NCBI GenBank assembly: GCA_963797275.1 | Contig: CAWCOT010000006.1 | Coordinates: 163,469 to 227,468 of the forward strand | Direction: 5' to 3' | Source: an uncultured Chloroflexia bacterium | GTDB taxonomy: Bacteria > Chloroflexota > Anaerolineae > Anaerolineales > UBA11579 | DNA length: 64,000 nt | In this document: positions 59,812 through 64,000 of the stretch, piece after piece | Layout: each line of letters opens with the position of its first letter | Position numbering within the stretch: position 1 is the stretch's first letter | Notes under the pieces: generated by a model | Told to the model about the DNA's origin: nothing | Database searches by the model: none | What the model saw: the letters and a program-made list of their open reading frames with translations, nothing else | Translations under genes and position numbers: made by a program

Positions 59812-60777
59812 CTAAGGGGCCAGCAGCGTGAACGTATCGATTACTTCCCCGTCAACATTGATGAATTCAAATCGGATCCAGTCCCGGCTGGCCTCTACTA
59901 ACATAGCCCCATGTTCAGCGTTGTAGCGCAGTTGACTCTCAGGCAAGATATTCTGGAAATCGTAAATGGCATCATGTCCACCCAAGCCGTTCACAATATA
60001 GGGAAAGCTGTCCACGGTCAACCGTTCATAAAGATGGTCGTGCCCAGAAAGTACGATGCTGGCGCCCCAATCCTTGAATGGCCATTGCATGTAATCTGTT
60101 GACCCGTGCAACCCGGATGAGTAGGGTGGGTGGTGGTCCACCACGATCTTCCACGGTTCCGTGGCCGCACTTAGGGCGCTCTGCAGCCAAACGGCCTGTA
60201 CCGAGGAGCGGCCCACGCCGTCGGGCTCACGCGTATCGCTATCCAGCACAAAGAAACGCACCGGGCCTCTGGCCACGTCGTAATAGCGTTCATTGCCTGG
60301 CAAGCTGAAATAATCTATATAGGGTTGCGCTCCCTTGGTGTCCCAATCGTGGTTTCCCAGGCTGGGGAAAAAGCGATTTTCGGCGCTGCCACGATTGTAA
60401 TCGCCCGTGTAGTCTCCAATATAGCGGTGGTAATACTGACCCACATTGTCATCAATGGTCCCGGCTGCCCCGCTTTGATAATTGTTGTCCCCGGTTGTAA
60501 CGATAAAATCCACCTTCCAGCCATCGATCATATCCGCTACTTTCAACGCATCCGGCCCAGCCTGCCCATAATCACCAATGACCGCAAAGCGCACTTCGGG
60601 TTCCGAAGTGGGCGCCACAGGGATATCCGTGACCTGGGATAAGACCGTGGGTCGAATCGGCTGGTATGCTGTAGCCGTTGGAACGGCCGACCCTGTGCCT
60701 GCCGGCGCGGGCGGGGTGCAGCCCGCCAGGTTTAAACCCAAGCAGGTGATTAGAAAGACAAGAATGGTTTTCTTCAA
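59812..60777 (-). CDS. metallophosphoesterase lipoprotein
   Basis: Lipobox LNLAGC, then GDYGQ, GDNNY, GNHD and HHPPYSS...GHDHLYER. Confidence 0.8.
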   Translation of the reverse strand: MKKTILVFLITCLGLNLAGCTPPAPAGTGSAVPTATAYQPIRPTVLSQVTDIPVAPTSEPEVRFAVIGDYGQAGPDALKVADMIDGWKVDFIVTTGDNNYQSGAAGTIDDNVGQYYHRYIGDYTGDYNRGSAENRFFPSLGNHDWDTKGAQPYIDYFSLPGNERYYDVARGPVRFFVLDSDTREPDGVGRSSVQAVWLQSALSAATEPWKIVVDHHPPYSSGLHGSTDYMQWPFKDWGASIVLSGHDHLYERLTVDSFPYIVNGLGGHDAIYDFQNILPESQLRYNAEHGAMLVEASRDWIRFEFINVDGEVIDTFTLLAP

Positions 60778-61691
60778 CCTCGCGCCTCCATTTCTGGTAC
60801 GGCAACCTTCAAAGCGCGTGGAACCAATTTGATTTCAACAGGCGTGACCCCGATCAAGTCTCCGTCCCCCTGCACCGGTAGATTGGCGGGCCCCTCAATA
60901 ATTAACGATTCTTGCATGGGGATGTGATCCAGCCAGGGTCTCCGCATATGCCGATTGGCCAGGAAGTTGAATATCACCCATAAATATTTGAAACCGGTAT
61001 TGGCTTCCAGGAAACACAGGTCCATGTGCCCGTCATCAGGCTGCACCTCCGACCACCAACGCAAAGACCTGTAGCCTATAATTCCGCAGTTGGCCGCCAT
61101 CAGATCGCTCGCCCGCACGCTAATTGCCTTCCCATCTATCCGTATCTTATACGTCGTCGGCTGCATAGAGAAGAAATTCAGAAAGAACGAAACTAGATAA
61201 GAGCTTTTACCGAAGATCTTCTTCCGTCTTACGCTGGTCTCGTCCAGAGCTCTCGCCGCCAGCCCCACTCCCACTGCCAGCAAATAGGCTCGTCCAGCCA
61301 CCATCAACACATCCAGCTCGCGCACCGCGAAGTCACCCGCCAGCAGTGCCGCGGATCTCTCCACCTCTACCGGCACGCTCAGCTCGCGCGCCAGCACGTT
61401 TCCTGTCCCTAGGGGAAGAATCCCCACGGGAGGTCCATCTGAAGGTAGCCCACTGGCGATGTCCGAAATGGTGCCGTCTCCCCCAGCTGAAATGATCAAC
61501 TTGACTCCCTTGCGTAGCCAGGGGGCCAGCCGCTTTGCCATGTCTTCGCGGCTGCATTCCACTATATCCACTTGGCGGCCGGCGAAATATTTATCCAACA
61601 ATCTGTGGATTGTGCCCACGTCCGCCGCGCTGGCTTTGGGGTTGTAGACGACTAAGACATCAGCCAGGGGGGTGGGCGAAAGGGAAGCCAA
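60774..61691 (-). CDS. diacylglycerol kinase family lipid kinase (YegS/BmrU-like)
   Basis: LIISAGGDGTISD and GILPLGTGNVLAREL. Confidence 0.8.
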   Translation of the reverse strand: MASLSPTPLADVLVVYNPKASAADVGTIHRLLDKYFAGRQVDIVECSREDMAKRLAPWLRKGVKLIISAGGDGTISDIASGLPSDGPPVGILPLGTGNVLARELSVPVEVERSAALLAGDFAVRELDVLMVAGRAYLLAVGVGLAARALDETSVRRKKIFGKSSYLVSFFLNFFSMQPTTYKIRIDGKAISVRASDLMAANCGIIGYRSLRWWSEVQPDDGHMDLCFLEANTGFKYLWVIFNFLANRHMRRPWLDHIPMQESLIIEGPANLPVQGDGDLIGVTPVEIKLVPRALKVAVPEMEARG

Positions 61692-61697
61692 GATGGG

Positions 61698-62963
61698 TTA
61701 TTGGGCTTGCAGCTGGAAGATACTGCCGGAGCGGTTCACTACGTAAATCTCCCCCGTTTCGTCCAGCCCGAAGGACGTGATTTGGAAGTTGGTGTCAAAC
61801 AGAAGCTGATTTTCCCATTGTCCGTCAGCGTGCTGGACGAGGCCAAATATCTCGCCGGAACAGAAATCGCCATACAGATACACTCCCTGCCAGGCAGGTA
61901 TCGCGTTGCCGCGGTAGACATACCCCCCCGTGATGGAGCAGCGCCCACCGTGGCTATATTCAGCCACCGGGGTCACGAAGAGCGCGCCGTCCGGCGGGGT
62001 ACCTTGGTATACATGCGTGCCCTCAAAATAATTCCACCCTAGATCCGAGCCGCCGGGCGTTCCACTGGGCAGGAAGTCCACTTCCTCCCATTGATCCTGC
62101 CCTACGTCGGCAATATACAGGTCTTGCGTCGCCCGATCGAAAGTAAAGCGCCACGGGTTGCGCAGGCCATAGGCCCAGATTTCCGGCTTCCCGCTGCCGT
62201 TGGCGAATGGGTTATCAGCCGGGATGCCGTAAGGGTCGCCACTATCCACATCGATGCGCAAGATCTTGCCTAAATAGGTATTCAGCGATTGCCCGTTGCC
62301 GGAAGGGTCCCCCCCAGATCCGCCGTCTCCCAACCCGAAATACAAATAACCATCCGGGCCGAATTCCAAATATCCGCCGTTATGGTTGGCGTACGGCTGG
62401 TGCACTTGCAGCAGCACCTTTTCGCTGTCCGGATCAGCCACGTTGGGGTCGGCCGACACCTGAAAACGCGCAATCACCGTATCCCCCGTCGTATCCGTGT
62501 AATTTACGTAAAAGGTACCGTTTTGAGCGTAATTGGGGTGGAACGCCAACCCCAGCAGACCCTGCTCGTTCCCCTGGCTGCCTACCTCGGAAATGATGTC
62601 AAGGAAAGACTTGTCCAGCACGGTCCCGTTTTGGATGATGCGGATCTCCCCTTTTTGCTCGATCACGAACAGTCGTCCGCTGCCATCCCCGGCATTGGTT
62701 GCGAATACGGGGCTTTGGAATCCATCTGCCACCTGCACCCACGCATACCCCGCCGGGTCAGGCAATTGAGCGTCTGGAATTGGCGTCGCCGTAGGTTCAA
62801 GGGTTGCCGTTGGGGTTTCTGTGGGTACCACTGATGGCTCCAGAGTAGCGGAGGGCAGCTCCTGTATTGGAGCGCTGGTGCTGCCAGAGGTCGCAGGCTG
62901 GGCGCACGCTGCCAGTACCGCCACCAGCAGTAAGCAAATTGCACTTCGTCCGGCAGCTCTCAT
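61698..62963 (-). CDS. PQQ-dependent sugar dehydrogenase (soluble glucose/sorbosone dehydrogenase beta-propeller)
   Basis: Signal peptide with Cys, then GLLGLAFHPNY, HNGGYLEFGPDGYLYFGLGDGG and GLRNPWRFTFD. Confidence 0.8.
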   Translation of the reverse strand: MRAAGRSAICLLLVAVLAACAQPATSGSTSAPIQELPSATLEPSVVPTETPTATLEPTATPIPDAQLPDPAGYAWVQVADGFQSPVFATNAGDGSGRLFVIEQKGEIRIIQNGTVLDKSFLDIISEVGSQGNEQGLLGLAFHPNYAQNGTFYVNYTDTTGDTVIARFQVSADPNVADPDSEKVLLQVHQPYANHNGGYLEFGPDGYLYFGLGDGGSGGDPSGNGQSLNTYLGKILRIDVDSGDPYGIPADNPFANGSGKPEIWAYGLRNPWRFTFDRATQDLYIADVGQDQWEEVDFLPSGTPGGSDLGWNYFEGTHVYQGTPPDGALFVTPVAEYSHGGRCSITGGYVYRGNAIPAWQGVYLYGDFCSGEIFGLVQHADGQWENQLLFDTNFQITSFGLDETGEIYVVNRSGSIFQLQAQ

Positions 62964-62969
62964 CGAATG

Positions 62970-63329
62970 CTATTCCTTGTCGTGATAACGCGCATCAATG
63001 ACATCTTTGACATCAATGCTGTCATCGTCTTTTTTCTTAGGGTGCGCTTCGGTCTCCAAAGCATTGCGATGTTCTTCCACCACTTCTGGCGGGCACAACT
63101 CCAGGAACAGCGTGTTGGCGATCCACAGTACAAAGGCATCATCCACGAATGGGATAACCGCGTCCAGTGGCGAGATCAAATAGATCAACGAGAATAGCGG
63201 CAGAGCTTTCAGGAACATATTGACCCGCCGGTCGCCCATTAGGCGGAGGAGCAGGCGGATTTGCAGTCCGAAAGAAGTGAAAAAATCGCCTTCGAATTTT
63301 GAAACTAAGCGTCGTTTGGGATCGGGCAT
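62970..63329 (-). CDS. DUF1232 (YkvA family) membrane protein
   Basis: LIYLISPLDAVIPFVDDAFVL matches the YxxSPxDxIPD motif region. Confidence 0.65.
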   Translation of the reverse strand: MPDPKRRLVSKFEGDFFTSFGLQIRLLLRLMGDRRVNMFLKALPLFSLIYLISPLDAVIPFVDDAFVLWIANTLFLELCPPEVVEEHRNALETEAHPKKKDDDSIDVKDVIDARYHDKE

Positions 63330-63416
63330 TTTCTACCAGCTTTTATACAACGATTGGAAAGTCGAAAAGATTATACCTGTCAGACCCATTTTAGCCTTGC
63401 GGTTACAATGGCCGCC

Positions 63417-64000
63417 ATGCCTGATTCCTCCGGCCCTCTCTGGAAGCCTTATGCAGCTCTCTTCGCCGGCGTGGGCATCCTCGGTTTCTCCGCCATCTTC
63501 ACTCGCCTTGCCGACGCCCCCGGAGCCGTAGTCAGCTTTTACCGCATGGCTATCGGTACTGCTGTGCTTGCCATCCCCTTTGCCGCCGTCTTCCGCCGCC
63601 ACAAACCAAAATTACCGCCGCGCGGCTTCTGGCTTGCCGTCCTGGCCGGTGCCTTCTTCGGCTTGGATTTGGCTTCTTGGGCCACCGGCATCAACGCTGC
63701 CGGCGCTACCATTCCAACCCTTTTGGGTAATCTGGCGCCCGTGATTGTCGGTTTGGGGGCCTGGCTGCTCTTCAAAGAAGATCTAAGCTGGTTTTTTTGG
63801 CTGGGCCTGGCCATCGCCCTCGCCGGCGTGGTGACCGTCCTCGGCTTGGACTTTAACGGAGCCATGGCCTTTAACCCCGGCGCATTGTTTGGCCTGCTCT
63901 CTGCACTTTTCTACGGTTCCTATCTGCTCACCGCCCAGAAGGGCCGCGACCAACTCAGTGCTCTCAGCTTCTTTTGGATCGCCGCCGCGGCCTCCACGCT
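63417..64000 (+). CDS. EamA/DMT family transporter, 5' portion (runs off the window end)
   Basis: My translation from the ATG at 63417 is MPDSSGPLWKPYAALFAGVGILGFSAIFTRLA...SFYRMAIG...LLFKEDLSW...ALAGVV. The frame is open to base 64000. It is absent from the ORF track because there is no stop codon. Confidence 0.7.
   Translation, partial: MPDSSGPLWKPYAALFAGVGILGFSAIFTRLADAPGAVVSFYRMAIGTAVLAIPFAAVFRRHKPKLPPRGFWLAVLAGAFFGLDLASWATGINAAGATIPTLLGNLAPVIVGLGAWLLFKEDLSWFFWLGLAIALAGVVTVLGLDFNGAMAFNPGALFGLLSALFYGSYLLTAQKGRDQLSALSFFWIAAAAST

Overview
This is a 64-kb, mostly high-GC bacterial chromosomal window with dense, largely co-directional genes. Lineage is inferred only: two T-box leaders, an ADP-forming acetyl-CoA synthetase, a SpoIIM-like gene and the short GC-rich palindromic repeats fit a Chloroflexota- or Firmicutes-like organism, and I cannot verify this.

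**Layout**
- 1-1130: the 5' part of thrS (minus strand) behind a Thr-type T-box leader with its own promoter.
- 1130-6600: a patchy accessory region. It holds two visibly AT-rich cassettes, a second T-box leader with no synthetase behind it, and a roughly 280-bp direct duplication of the 3' end of a DinB-like gene.
- 6800-13400: metabolic genes, including a BNR-repeat protein, TrmO/TsaA-like, a MoaD/ThiS-like protein ending in GG, ADP-forming acetyl-CoA synthetase with a DRTGG partner, a hydrolase and an ABM-like protein.
- 14368-14442: tRNA-Val(GAC).
- 14453-29368: a 15-kb minus-strand surface-glycan locus.
- 29375-31670: a uracil-DNA glycosylase, rimI, tsaB, tsaE operon.
- 32569-34638: a ChlI-like AAA+ and VWA gene pair.
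- 34800-64000: rpsA, clpC, radA, infC-rpmI-rplT and assorted membrane, redox and hydrolase genes.

**Not found:** rRNA, CRISPR arrays, transposases or integrases.

**Main caveat:** at least ten well-recognisable genes, including thrS and radA, are split by single-nucleotide indels. That looks like assembly indel error rather than real gene decay, and it affects every ORF call here.

**Most unusual observations**
- The orphan T-box leader is fused to a truncated DinB-like fragment.
- The duplicated DinB 3' end brackets a 2.4-kb segment.
- One AT-rich cassette pairs a PRK/uridine-kinase-like gene with a membrane-anchored PRTase-like gene.

I did not find a clearly novel multi-gene system that I can defend from sequence alone.
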